Positions 1-6,751 are shown, numbered from the stretch's first letter. The stretch: DNA of 32,000 nt from Megasphaera elsdenii DSM 20460 (GCF_003010495.1 NZ_CP027570.1:510001-542000), one strand, 5' to 3'. Numbers and translations: made by a program. Notes: a model not told the origin generated them from the letters alone.

Positions 1-461
1 AATAGCGCATCTTTAGCTTTTGTATATTTTTTAGAAATAGTAGCCTCACGCATTATGTCCATAAACCATTCATTATCGAAAGTAAAAAAAATTAAATCAG
101 AAACGCTAAATATAAAGTCCGGTTGTTCTGTAAAATCAGGTATCTGCACAGGTTGATTTTCTGGATTATATGCAATGACAACATGTGAATCTCTCCATCG
201 AAAAACAGTAAAACCATTATTTTTACAGAAAGCCAGCTCTTCTTCTAAATCGTCTATCTGACCTGGATCATACCCTAATAAATCATCTATAGAAACATGT
301 AACGTAGACGCAATTTTTTTTAATGTATCGTATTTAGGTTCACGACCTTGATTCTCATATGATATGTATGTCGTATATGGTAAATCAATAATTTTTGCAA
401 ATTCTTTTGCAGTACATCCAGTATTTTCTCTATACCGCTTTAGATTTTCATTGAATATCAT
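1..461 (-). CDS. XRE-family HTH repressor (cI-like), C-terminal end cut by window edge
   Basis: ATG at 461, preceded by GGAGGGAGGAAAC (rc of 462-474). Translation MIFNENLKRYRENTGCTAKEFAKIIDLPYTTYISYENQGREPKYDTLKKIASTLHVSIDDLLGY is a canonical HTH_XRE domain. Divergent to the Cro-like gene at 596. Absent from the ORF track because it is open at the window edge. Confidence 0.7.
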   Translation of the reverse strand, partial: MIFNENLKRYRENTGCTAKEFAKIIDLPYTTYISYENQGREPKYDTLKKIASTLHVSIDDLLGYDPGQIDDLEEELAFCKNNGFTVFRWRDSHVVIAYNPENQPVQIPDFTEQPDFIFSVSDLIFFTFDNEWFMDIMREATISKKYTKAKDAL

Positions 462-533
462 AGTTTCCTCCCTCCTTTATACCCATTTTACCTAAAACGC
501 GTATAGAGGTCAATAAAAAACGATAAAAAGATA

Positions 534-580
534 TTGACATTAATACCTTTTTAATGTATTATACCTTTATAAGGTATTAA
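534..580 (+). promoter_or_regulatory. Sigma-70-type promoter plus operator inverted repeats of the cI/Cro-like switch
   Basis: TTGACA 534-539, 17-nt spacer, TATTAT 557-562, then GGGAGG RBS and ATG at 596. Perfect 10-bp inverted repeat TTAATACCTT (540-549) / AAGGTATTAA (571-580). A third ATACCTT half-site at 561-567 overlaps the -10. Confidence 0.55.
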
Positions 581-595
581 TGGGAGGTAAAAAGA

Positions 596-811
596 ATGAA
601 AAACACAGTCTCTATAGATATGGAAAAAGTAGAACAGTTGTCACATGAGCATTTATGGACATGGGCAGAACTGGCCCGCCATTCATCTGTAACTCAATCG
701 ACCTTATTCGCTTTAAAAGCCGGGCGGCGGCGTGCAAGTATGATAACTGCCTATAAAATTGCTCATGCCTTGAATGTTGAACCACAAATGCTGATTAAGG
801 AAGAAGGATAG
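596..811 (+). CDS. Small XRE-family HTH protein (Cro-like)
   Basis: 71-aa ORF with RBS GGGAGG. WAELARHSSVTQSTLFALKAGRR is HTH_XRE-like. Divergent from the cI-like gene. Confidence 0.75.
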   Translation: MKNTVSIDMEKVEQLSHEHLWTWAELARHSSVTQSTLFALKAGRRRASMITAYKIAHALNVEPQMLIKEEG

Positions 812-813
812 CT

Positions 814-996
814 ATGAAATACACGAAGAAATGCGCAATAGAAACAGCGAAGTATCTTGAACGATTCTGCTTGTATTTTAAATTGGACAACCCTGACTGC
901 CAGGGATGCCCTTTTGATAGTGTCGGCTGCTGCCTGTTGTATATCCCCGAAACTTGGGGCGTCACTCAGAAATTCCCCAAAAAAGATAACGAATAA
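814..996 (+). CDS. Hypothetical small Cys-rich protein
   Basis: ATG lies 2 nt after the upstream stop, suggesting translational coupling. Contains CQGCPFDSVGCC. No family recognised. Confidence 0.4.
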   Translation: MKYTKKCAIETAKYLERFCLYFKLDNPDCQGCPFDSVGCCLLYIPETWGVTQKFPKKDNE

Positions 997-1059
997 AATT
1001 TCCCTGCCAGGAATTAAGCAAGCTCATTATGCACCCATATTTGAAAGGAGAATGAAACC

Positions 1060-1296
1060 ATGGAAGTCTATAAATCAAAAAATAATCTCGATTCAATGGT
1101 ATATGTAAGGCCCTCACAACTGGCCAAACTCTTGCACCTGTCAAGAACTACTGTATGGCGGCTTTTAAACGCCTTTGCTGCTGAAGAAGGCAATGAACAC
1201 GCGGTTATTGAAATCAGTAAAACACTGAAACTCGTCCCGCTTTACCGTTTTCAAGAATGGCTTACAAATCAGGATAAAAAGTATTTGCAAAAATGA
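1060..1296 (+). CDS. Excisionase/AlpA-like (MerR-type) HTH DNA-binding protein
   Basis: RBS AAAGGAGAA upstream. VRPSQLAKLLHLSRTTVWRLL resembles the HTH_17/Xis pattern. Position downstream of the cI/Cro switch fits. Confidence 0.55.
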   Translation: MEVYKSKNNLDSMVYVRPSQLAKLLHLSRTTVWRLLNAFAAEEGNEHAVIEISKTLKLVPLYRFQEWLTNQDKKYLQK

Positions 1297-1445
1297 AAAA
1301 TCCCCTGGCGAGTGTGCAGACTCGACAGGGGAAAAAGAAAGCCGCAGCTAACGACTTTTCTATTTGATTATATACGAATTGAGGCGATTGAGCAATGAAA
1401 ATAACCAGAAAGCGACCTTCAAGCGATTGACGGGGGAGTGGTTAC

Positions 1446-1874
1446 ATGAGTCGAAAAGGGCGCAACTGGCCGTCGTGGCAAGCTAAGGATAAAAAAGAAG
1501 GCGGCTTCATCTGTATCCCCAAATCAGTGGAACACAGTTCTGCTTTTCGAGAACTATCTGGCAATCAGATTCGCTTACTTTTTTGCTGTTGGCGACGTGG
1601 AAATTATAAGGCCAATGATCCATCCCGAAAGCATTTGCCAAGAGACGATTATCCAGGAGTAGACAAGTACCGTCGCGATGAAGTTTTTTATATGGGGCTG
1701 GCTGTCGCTGTCAAATACGGATTATACAAGCCAACAAATCGGAAGTACTACGCGGATATAAAGACCCTCGAAACAGTTGGCTTCATTGAACGGTTGAGTA
1801 CGGGCAAAAAAACGCAATCTCTGTCGATTTATAAGCTGTCAGATAAGTGGCAGTCTTACCGCCCAAACGATTAA
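1446..1874 (+). CDS. Hypothetical basic protein, possibly winged-helix DNA-binding or replication-initiator-like
   Basis: 142-aa ORF with RBS GGGGGAG upstream, immediately followed by an iteron/inverted-repeat cluster. The function is inferred from context only. Confidence 0.45.
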   Translation: MSRKGRNWPSWQAKDKKEGGFICIPKSVEHSSAFRELSGNQIRLLFCCWRRGNYKANDPSRKHLPRDDYPGVDKYRRDEVFYMGLAVAVKYGLYKPTNRKYYADIKTLETVGFIERLSTGKKTQSLSIYKLSDKWQSYRPND

Positions 1875-1881
1875 AATCCCA

Positions 1882-2116
1882 TGTGCCTAATGGGAGAATA
1901 ATGATTTTCCCCAAAAAGTCGACTAAATGGCTTGCTTAAGCCATTAATAGCTGTTTTTAATCATTCTCCAATTAGGTGAATGATAGCAAAAATTTTCAAC
2001 GAAAATCACTTTTCATTCTCCAATTAGGAGAATAATAACACGAGTTAATGCGATGGTTAAGCCATTCTCAATATCACGTTACTTTCTCCCATTAGGCACA
2101 TATATCTATAGATATA
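1882..2116. repeat. Iteron / inverted-repeat cluster (candidate origin or protein-binding region)
   Basis: Perfect 17-bp inverted repeat TGTGCCTAATGGGAGAA (1882-1898) / TTCTCCCATTAGGCACA (2084-2100). 16-bp direct repeat TCATTCTCCAATTAGG at 1961-1976 and 2013-2028 (52-bp spacing). AATGGCTT/AAGCCATT hairpin at 1926-1945, with TTAAGCCATT repeated at 2057-2066. Perfect 16-bp palindrome TATATCTATAGATATA at 2101-2116. Confidence 0.6.
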
Positions 2117-2174
2117 CCATCTCCCCCCGTAATTGGGGCACTCTTCAAGGGCCATAAAAAAATTAAAACGTCGA

Positions 2175-2191
2175 GTGGGCAATTTGCCCAC
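2175..2191. promoter_or_regulatory. 17-bp perfect palindrome GTGGGCAATTTGCCCAC (candidate operator upstream of the 67-aa XRE gene)
   Basis: 8-1-8 palindrome 85 bp upstream of ATG 2276. The same motif recurs four times at 3294-3473. Confidence 0.5.
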
Positions 2192-2275
2192 CACCAATAC
2201 AGCATATACCCTAGTCAGAAAAAAGAGTCAACCCATGTTTTATTGTACTTATGAAGACAGTAGGAAGGTGAAAGT

Positions 2276-2479
2276 ATGGTAGCACTGAATAAATTGAAAG
2301 GAAAGTTTGTCGAACAAGGAAAGACGTATGCAGACGCTGCAAAGGCGCTTGGCTGCTCTCGGTCTTCTATTGCTCACAAAATGAACGGGAGAGTAGCGAT
2401 TACTTGTGATGATGCCATTTTGTTTAGCGAATTATTGTCTCTTACTCCAGCAGAAAAGATTGATATTTTCGGCCTCTGA
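2276..2479 (+). CDS. Small XRE-family HTH protein
   Basis: 67-aa ORF with RBS GGAAGGTG. TYADAAKALGCSRSSIAHKMNGR is HTH_XRE-like. Confidence 0.7.
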   Translation: MVALNKLKGKFVEQGKTYADAAKALGCSRSSIAHKMNGRVAITCDDAILFSELLSLTPAEKIDIFGL

Positions 2480-2535
2480 AACGCCTCTGAACAGCTCAAG
2501 CTTTGGAAAAGGAACGAGGTGCTATCGGCAAAAAA

Positions 2536-3204
2536 CAATCATCACTCGACATTGCAAGCCGTCTCCCGATGCCTTGCATGGTCAACGCAGAAGACCTTAG
2601 AGAGCTTTTAGCAATCAAAAAGGGCCCCCATTATCGCAACCCAGCGATTTGAAGGCCCATAAGCAGACGAAAGAGAAACAGTCTTGTGTCATGTATGCGT
2701 ATTTCGTCTTATACGGAGTTTTAATGCGTTTTATTGTGCCTTTAGTAATTTTTATCTATAGTATTGTGAAAGTGCGTCAAAATCGCATACAGAGCGTTTT
2801 TCAAGCATTATACGAGTCAAGAGGGATTCTTCAAGAAAGATTCGGACAGCAATCGTCCATATCAAAATTATCTCTTACTCCAGCAGAAAAGATTGATATT
2901 TTCGTCCTTTGAACAATCATCACTCGACGTCGCAAGCTGTTACCTAATGCCTTGCAGGGTTACCGAAAAAGACCGTAGAGAGCTTTAAGAAAACAAAAAG
3001 CCCCCATCATTGCAGCGCAACGATTGGAAGGCCGTTTGCTCCATGCGGCGTTTTAAGTCGTTTTTATTACGTCTTTATACAAATTCACCGGCAATCGCCA
3101 AAATAGCGTTAAAATTGCATATAGAGCGTTTTTCAAGTATTGTGCAAGTTATGTCAGATCCTATCAAGAAAGATTCGGAGAGCAATCCCCCATATCAAAA
3201 TATG
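2536..3204. repeat. Two diverged tandem copies of a ~300-340 bp non-coding module
   Basis: 2536-2657 aligns with 2914-3033, starting CAATCATCACTCGAC and running to GAAGGCC. 2786-2872 aligns with 3117-3204 (GCATAYAGAGCGTTTTTCAAG ... AAGAAAGATTCGGASAGCAATC ... CATATCAAAA). The period is about 379 bp. Confidence 0.6.
2866..2912 (+). pseudogene. 3' fragment of an XRE gene paralogous to 2276-2479
   Basis: TCTCTTACTCCAGCAGAAAAGATTGATATTTTCG plus a stop is nearly identical to 2438-2479 (LSLTPAEKIDIF). No matching N-terminal HTH lies upstream. Confidence 0.5.
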
Positions 3205-3293
3205 TCCTCTAACGGTGAACATTTTCCTCATGCTATATATAAAATGACAGCCGATTGGGAAAGCTATAAGCCCCCATAAAATTAAAGTGTCGA

Positions 3294-3473
3294 GTGGGCA
3301 ATTTGCCCACTACCAGTACGGCAATTTGCCCACTGCTTAACAGTCTGAAACATAAAAACTGGCGGTTCCGGTACGGCAAATTGCCCACTCCCTAAAATGT
3401 CATTGCACAGCTTAACCACGGCCACGACACGCATTTTAAGAACATTCGTTCCCGAGTGGGCAATTTGCCGTAC
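3294..3473. repeat. Array of four 17-18 bp GGCAAWTTGCC-core palindromes
   Basis: GTGGGCAATTTGCCCAC 3294-3310; GTACGGCAATTTGCCCAC 3317-3333; GTACGGCAAATTGCCCAC 3371-3388; GTGGGCAATTTGCCGTAC 3456-3473. Confidence 0.65.
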
Positions 3474-3562
3474 TATCTATATATATAGCCATACCATAGT
3501 CAGAAAAAAGAGTCAATCCCATGTTTTATGGAATCATGAAAATAGAGACTCATGAATGAAAT

Positions 3563-5620
3563 CTACATACTCCAGCCACGATACATTTCTTCTTCGACCC
3601 GTTTCAGTTCATCTTTCTTTTGGCTATGATCTTCGTCATCCCACCAGGCCTGATAGCGACTGCGAGTATCTTCGACAGCTTTTTCCAGGAACTGATTGAT
3701 TTTCCCCAAGACTTCCGTCTGATGTTGTTGATTGACAGCTTCCGCATGAGGCAGATAGTGATTTTCCGTTCCTCGTTTGAGAATTGTTTTCTTGGCATCG
3801 CCATAGAGACAGACGCTTTCTTTAGTCCGTGAAACATCGAGAATTTCCTTCCCATCGGTTCCCATAGTCAGCATATACACAGAGGCCCGGCCTTTTTCAA
3901 CGGTATCTCCCAAAAGGAGTGCCGTCTTTTTTTTGGGTTCCAATTTCTCCGCCTGTATATCACTCAGGACCACATAAGCCCGCCCGTTTCGTGACAGAAT
4001 TTGGAAGTCTTTCAACGGTTTGCAACCTTCTAGCTTGCTGTGGCGCATAACGAGCTTCGGCAGCTGCCGTGAATACAGAATAGTATCCGAATCTGGGACG
4101 TTTTCTTTAAGTTCGGCAGCTTTTGCCAGGTACATTTTTTCCTGATTCTTGGCCTTGACGACTTCGCAGTAGATTTTTTTGGCTTCTTCCTGGATAGTTT
4201 TGTTCTGTTGGGACAGTTCGTCCGCGATGTGCTGAATGTCAGATTCTCTATTGCGCAGTTCTTCATCATACGCCTTCAACTGTTTTTCCATAGTCTGTTT
4301 TTGACGCAGCTTGTCTGAATAAGCCAGATAGAATTCCTTTTTCTGTTCATATCGAACATCTTTCAGCTCGATATATTTCTTTTCCATCGGCTTGAGTTCT
4401 TCCTGAATGCGCTGATGGCGTTTTTTGAGATTATAATAGTCCCTGCCAACGACACGTTCGATAGCTATGTGTCTAAATAAGCTTTCTGGTATGACTCTAG
4501 CCTTGATTTCTTTATATTCTGCCAGCTGTTCCGCCTGTTTCTTCGCCTGTTCCTTAGCCCGTGCCTTCAGTCCAGCATAGACATCATTTGCCGTGACAAC
4601 AATCGGTTCATTAGCCAGTTCTTCTGCCTGTTCATCATCGGCTTCGGCAGCCAGCTTGGCTTCCATTTCCATGATTTCTTCATGACGGATGCGCTGTTCT
4701 TCCTGTTCGATTTCCTTGATGACCCGGCGCAGCACCTTATCAATGGCAAAACAGGTAATTTTCTGTTCCATGACGCTGTCTTCTGTATCCGTAGTATCCG
4801 TTGCCGTGGTTCCAGCTTCATCACTATCCACAGAGTCCGTCTGTTCATCGATTTCCCGTACCCGTTCCTGAATCCGTTCCATGACTTTCGGGTTCTTGTA
4901 GGCTTCGCCTAAATGAGGCGCAGGAATCCTGTCCAGCTTTTCAGCTTCTTCAAAACGTCCCTGGTCCAACATGTCCTGACGCTGGGCAGCCAGGGATTTT
5001 TCGCTGATTTCCTGATTTAGACCCAGTTCCTTGAATTTGCGATTGACGATGTCAGCCCACATCTTGCGCATAGTAATATTTCCATGTCTGTCATGATAAA
5101 ATCGGTCGGCCCGATACCCGGAGCAAGGTTCCCCATATTGATTGACGGCATACTGCTTGAAATACATATCCGGACCAAGGGGACGGTCTTTTTCTATGCT
5201 TTTTTCACAGAACATAAGGTGACAGTGAATGTTTCGGTGGTCAGGATCATAGGCAGCTTCTTTATCATGAATGGCATAGGTAAAGGCGTGATTTTTGCCG
5301 ATTCTGGATTCTTTTAGGAACTCTTCGACTAAGGCGATATTGTCATCTAGGCTCAATTCTTCCTGCAATCCCATGCGAATTTCACGGTATGCCCGGCCTT
5401 TGACACGACGGTTGGCTTCGGCAGCATCCCAGAATTTCCCAGCATCCTGTGCCCATTCCGGCAGGTTCCCAGAACAGGTGAAGACGAGGTCTTCCTTCTT
5501 GCCCTTCATATTGGCATAGATTCCCTCACGGCATATGTAGTCATAATGTGCACGCGTATTTATTTTTGTTCCGTCTGCCCTTGTTGCATGGGGATGATTG
5601 CCGAAATAATAGAGTGCCAT
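3563..5620 (-). CDS. MOBQ-family conjugative relaxase (MobA/MobL) with long coiled-coil C-terminal region
   Basis: N-terminus MALYYFGNHPHATRADGTKINTRAHYDYICREGIYA parallels RSF1010 MobA (AIYH...ADYIQREGKYA, catalytic Tyr region). His-triad-like motif HDKEAAYDPDHRNIHCHLMF. Start moved to ATG 5620 (RBS GAGGTGG 3 nt upstream) rather than the in-frame TTG at 5632 used by the track. Confidence 0.85.
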   Translation of the reverse strand: MALYYFGNHPHATRADGTKINTRAHYDYICREGIYANMKGKKEDLVFTCSGNLPEWAQDAGKFWDAAEANRRVKGRAYREIRMGLQEELSLDDNIALVEEFLKESRIGKNHAFTYAIHDKEAAYDPDHRNIHCHLMFCEKSIEKDRPLGPDMYFKQYAVNQYGEPCSGYRADRFYHDRHGNITMRKMWADIVNRKFKELGLNQEISEKSLAAQRQDMLDQGRFEEAEKLDRIPAPHLGEAYKNPKVMERIQERVREIDEQTDSVDSDEAGTTATDTTDTEDSVMEQKITCFAIDKVLRRVIKEIEQEEQRIRHEEIMEMEAKLAAEADDEQAEELANEPIVVTANDVYAGLKARAKEQAKKQAEQLAEYKEIKARVIPESLFRHIAIERVVGRDYYNLKKRHQRIQEELKPMEKKYIELKDVRYEQKKEFYLAYSDKLRQKQTMEKQLKAYDEELRNRESDIQHIADELSQQNKTIQEEAKKIYCEVVKAKNQEKMYLAKAAELKENVPDSDTILYSRQLPKLVMRHSKLEGCKPLKDFQILSRNGRAYVVLSDIQAEKLEPKKKTALLLGDTVEKGRASVYMLTMGTDGKEILDVSRTKESVCLYGDAKKTILKRGTENHYLPHAEAVNQQHQTEVLGKINQFLEKAVEDTRSRYQAWWDDEDHSQKKDELKRVEEEMYRGWSM

Positions 5621-5745
5621 AGCCCACCTCAAAAGATTATAGAAAATTTATAAATAGCATTCCATATATTGACAGGCCACTTGTGGCCTACGCCGCAGGC
5701 GTCCTCCGAAGGAGGCCCTTTCCGCTGCTGGCGGAAAGCGCATGA

Positions 5746-5780
5746 CCACGTCTCGGAGAGACATGGGTAAATGCGCATCC
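5746..5780 (+). other. Candidate oriT core (inverted repeat plus nick-region motif)
   Basis: CCACGTCTC-GGA-GAGACATGG (5746-5766) is directly followed by GTAAATGCGCATCC. TAAATGCGC matches the R1162/RSF1010 nick-region TAAGTGCGC at 8 of 9 positions. The site is ~130 bp upstream of the relaxase start. Confidence 0.55.
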
Positions 5781-5856
5781 AATTGTTTTTGATTCGTTCC
5801 TTATGCCTTTATTATAGCATTCGCCATTGAGATTATCGAGATAATTTTTATAAAGC

Positions 5857-5886
5857 AAAAAAAGCCCGGCATTGATTGCAGGGCTT
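5857..5886 (-). terminator. Rho-independent terminator of the DUF4160/DUF2442 cassette
   Basis: On the minus strand, AGCCC-loop-GGGCT is followed by TTTTTTT, 16 nt after the stop at 5902. Confidence 0.6.
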
Positions 5887-5901
5887 CTAGCGAACTCATA
5901 A

Positions 5902-6204
5902 TTATGCTGTTTGTGCGTTATCCAACGGGTCCTTTACGACTGGCGAATCGTACACAGTAAAGGGGTCAATATCTATACACCGTGTTTCGTCGCGATTCCC
6001 CTCCAAGTCCCAGGCAACAGTACCGTTCAATACAGTCATGCACGAGCGAAATGTATTTAAATCCTGTAACTTTTGAAAAACGCCGGGCTGAGTAATTAAT
6101 TGGGAAGCATCATATTGCCGTACGGTTCCATCATTAAAATATACGAAGATAGAATAACCTTCACCAGGAATGGCTTGTAAAACTTCCGGAATGAAATCGT
6201 TCAT
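5902..6204 (-). CDS. DUF2442 domain protein
   Basis: 100 aa. The pattern GYSIFVYFNDGTVRQYD ... VAWDLEGN ... IDIDPFTVY is typical of DUF2442. Lies 4 nt downstream of its DUF4160 partner. Confidence 0.7.
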   Translation of the reverse strand: MNDFIPEVLQAIPGEGYSIFVYFNDGTVRQYDASQLITQPGVFQKLQDLNTFRSCMTVLNGTVAWDLEGNRDETRCIDIDPFTVYDSPVVKDPLDNAQTA

Positions 6205-6208
6205 AAAA

Positions 6209-6475
6209 TCACCCCTTTCTCATTGGCGGTACGGGGACGGGTTCCTTTCCATCTTTAACCAGTTCCCAGTTCTGCATAAGCTCATCTTGATACATCACAC
6301 ACCAAGCTAACACGATTTTTAATTGCCGATTCGGTAAGAACCCACGAATAATACAAGCATTTTGTATATCAATCAAGGCTTTATTTCCTGCGTATTCTGC
6401 ATGGATATGTGGTGGATTATGGTCGCTATAATAAATAGTGATACGGATACCAAAGAACATACTAATCAAAGGCAT
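6209..6475 (-). CDS. DUF4160 domain protein
   Basis: MPLISMFFGIRITIYYSDHNPPHIHAEY matches the canonical DUF4160 N-terminus (MPxIs.f.GI.i.mY..DH.PPHfH). ATG 6475 is preferred over the in-frame GTG at 6484. Confidence 0.7.
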   Translation of the reverse strand: MPLISMFFGIRITIYYSDHNPPHIHAEYAGNKALIDIQNACIIRGFLPNRQLKIVLAWCVMYQDELMQNWELVKDGKEPVPVPPMRKG

Positions 6476-6510
6476 TAGGTACACATCTCCCCCCCAACAA
6501 TCTTTTTTCC

Positions 6511-6540
6511 ATTATATCACATTCACCTATTTTTATCGAA
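6511..6540 (-). promoter_or_regulatory. Promoter of the DUF4160/DUF2442 cassette (extended -10)
   Basis: Minus strand: TTCGAT (6535-6540), 18-nt spacer, TGaTATAAT (-10 = 6511-6516). Confidence 0.45.
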
Positions 6541-6554
6541 AAAATCGACCATAT

Positions 6555-6581
6555 AAAAAGCCCGGCAAAATAAACCGGGCC
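6555..6581 (-). terminator. Rho-independent terminator (minus strand)
   Basis: Minus strand: GCCCGG-9 nt-CCGGGC followed by TTTTTAT. Confidence 0.5.
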
Positions 6582-6704
6582 ACCTGGCAGAGATAACAAA
6601 AAGCGCAATAAATATGATAACTGCTTATTTCTTGCTTAATTTATAAAAATATTGATAAAAAGCAGAGTAAATAAGGCATTGTATTACCCTTTCCGCCAGC
6701 TTCC

Positions 6705-6739
6705 AAAAAGGGCTGTCGCACATGCGACAGCCCTTTTTG
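6705..6739. terminator. Bidirectional terminator hairpin of the GGCTGTCGC family
   Basis: AAAAAGGGCTGTCGCA-CA-TGCGACAGCCCTTTTT: perfect 11-bp stem with A-run and T-run flanks. Confidence 0.6.
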
Positions 6740-6751
6740 AGTGGTTAGCAA

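Larger units (their letters stand above)
1..6590. mobile_element. Right-hand part of a low-GC integrative/mobilizable element (IME-like); left end and any integrase lie outside the window
   Basis: AT-rich block next to GC-rich core genes. Gene content: cI/Cro-like switch, Xis-like HTH, iterons, MOBQ relaxase, oriT-like site, DUF4160/DUF2442 cassette. Stacked terminators at 6555-6775 lie before hydE. The right boundary is only bracketed, between about 6490 and 6870. Confidence 0.6.

Noticed and set aside
857-1144. ORFs 857-1108 (+) and 962-1144 (-).
   Set aside because: They overlap the better-supported 814-996 and 1060-1296 genes, have no RBS and show no recognisable domain.
1302-1331. Hairpin CCCCTG-G-CGAGT...ACTCG-A-CAGGGG after the Xis-like gene, considered as a terminator.
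   Set aside because: On the plus strand it is followed by AAAAAG rather than a T-run. The T-run is on the opposite strand, where no gene ends. It is left unannotated as a terminator.
2649-3279. Track ORFs 2649-2912 (87 aa) and 3010-3279 (89 aa) as real genes.
   Set aside because: The nucleotide block they share (GCATAYAGAGCGTTTTTCAAG...) is read in different frames in the two ORFs. Only their last ~14 codons resemble real proteins (the XRE and 142-aa ORF C-termini). They are better explained as gene-end fragments fused to non-coding repeats.
3294-3473. CRISPR array interpretation of the repeated palindromes, and of any other repeat set in the window.
   Set aside because: The repeats are 17-18 bp, irregularly spaced (6-67 bp) and in mixed orientation. 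No cas genes are present. They do not fit CRISPR architecture.
4030-5519. Short ORFs nested in or antisense to the relaxase gene (4030-4269, 4567-4848, 4682-4912, 5084-5317, 5295-5519 and others).
   Set aside because: They lie entirely within the relaxase coding region, with no RBS and low-complexity translations.
1-6590. Integrase, att sites and a precise element boundary.
   Set aside because: No recombinase ORF and no flanking direct repeat could be identified inside the window. The left end lies outside it, so only a compositional boundary (about 6490-6870) is reported.
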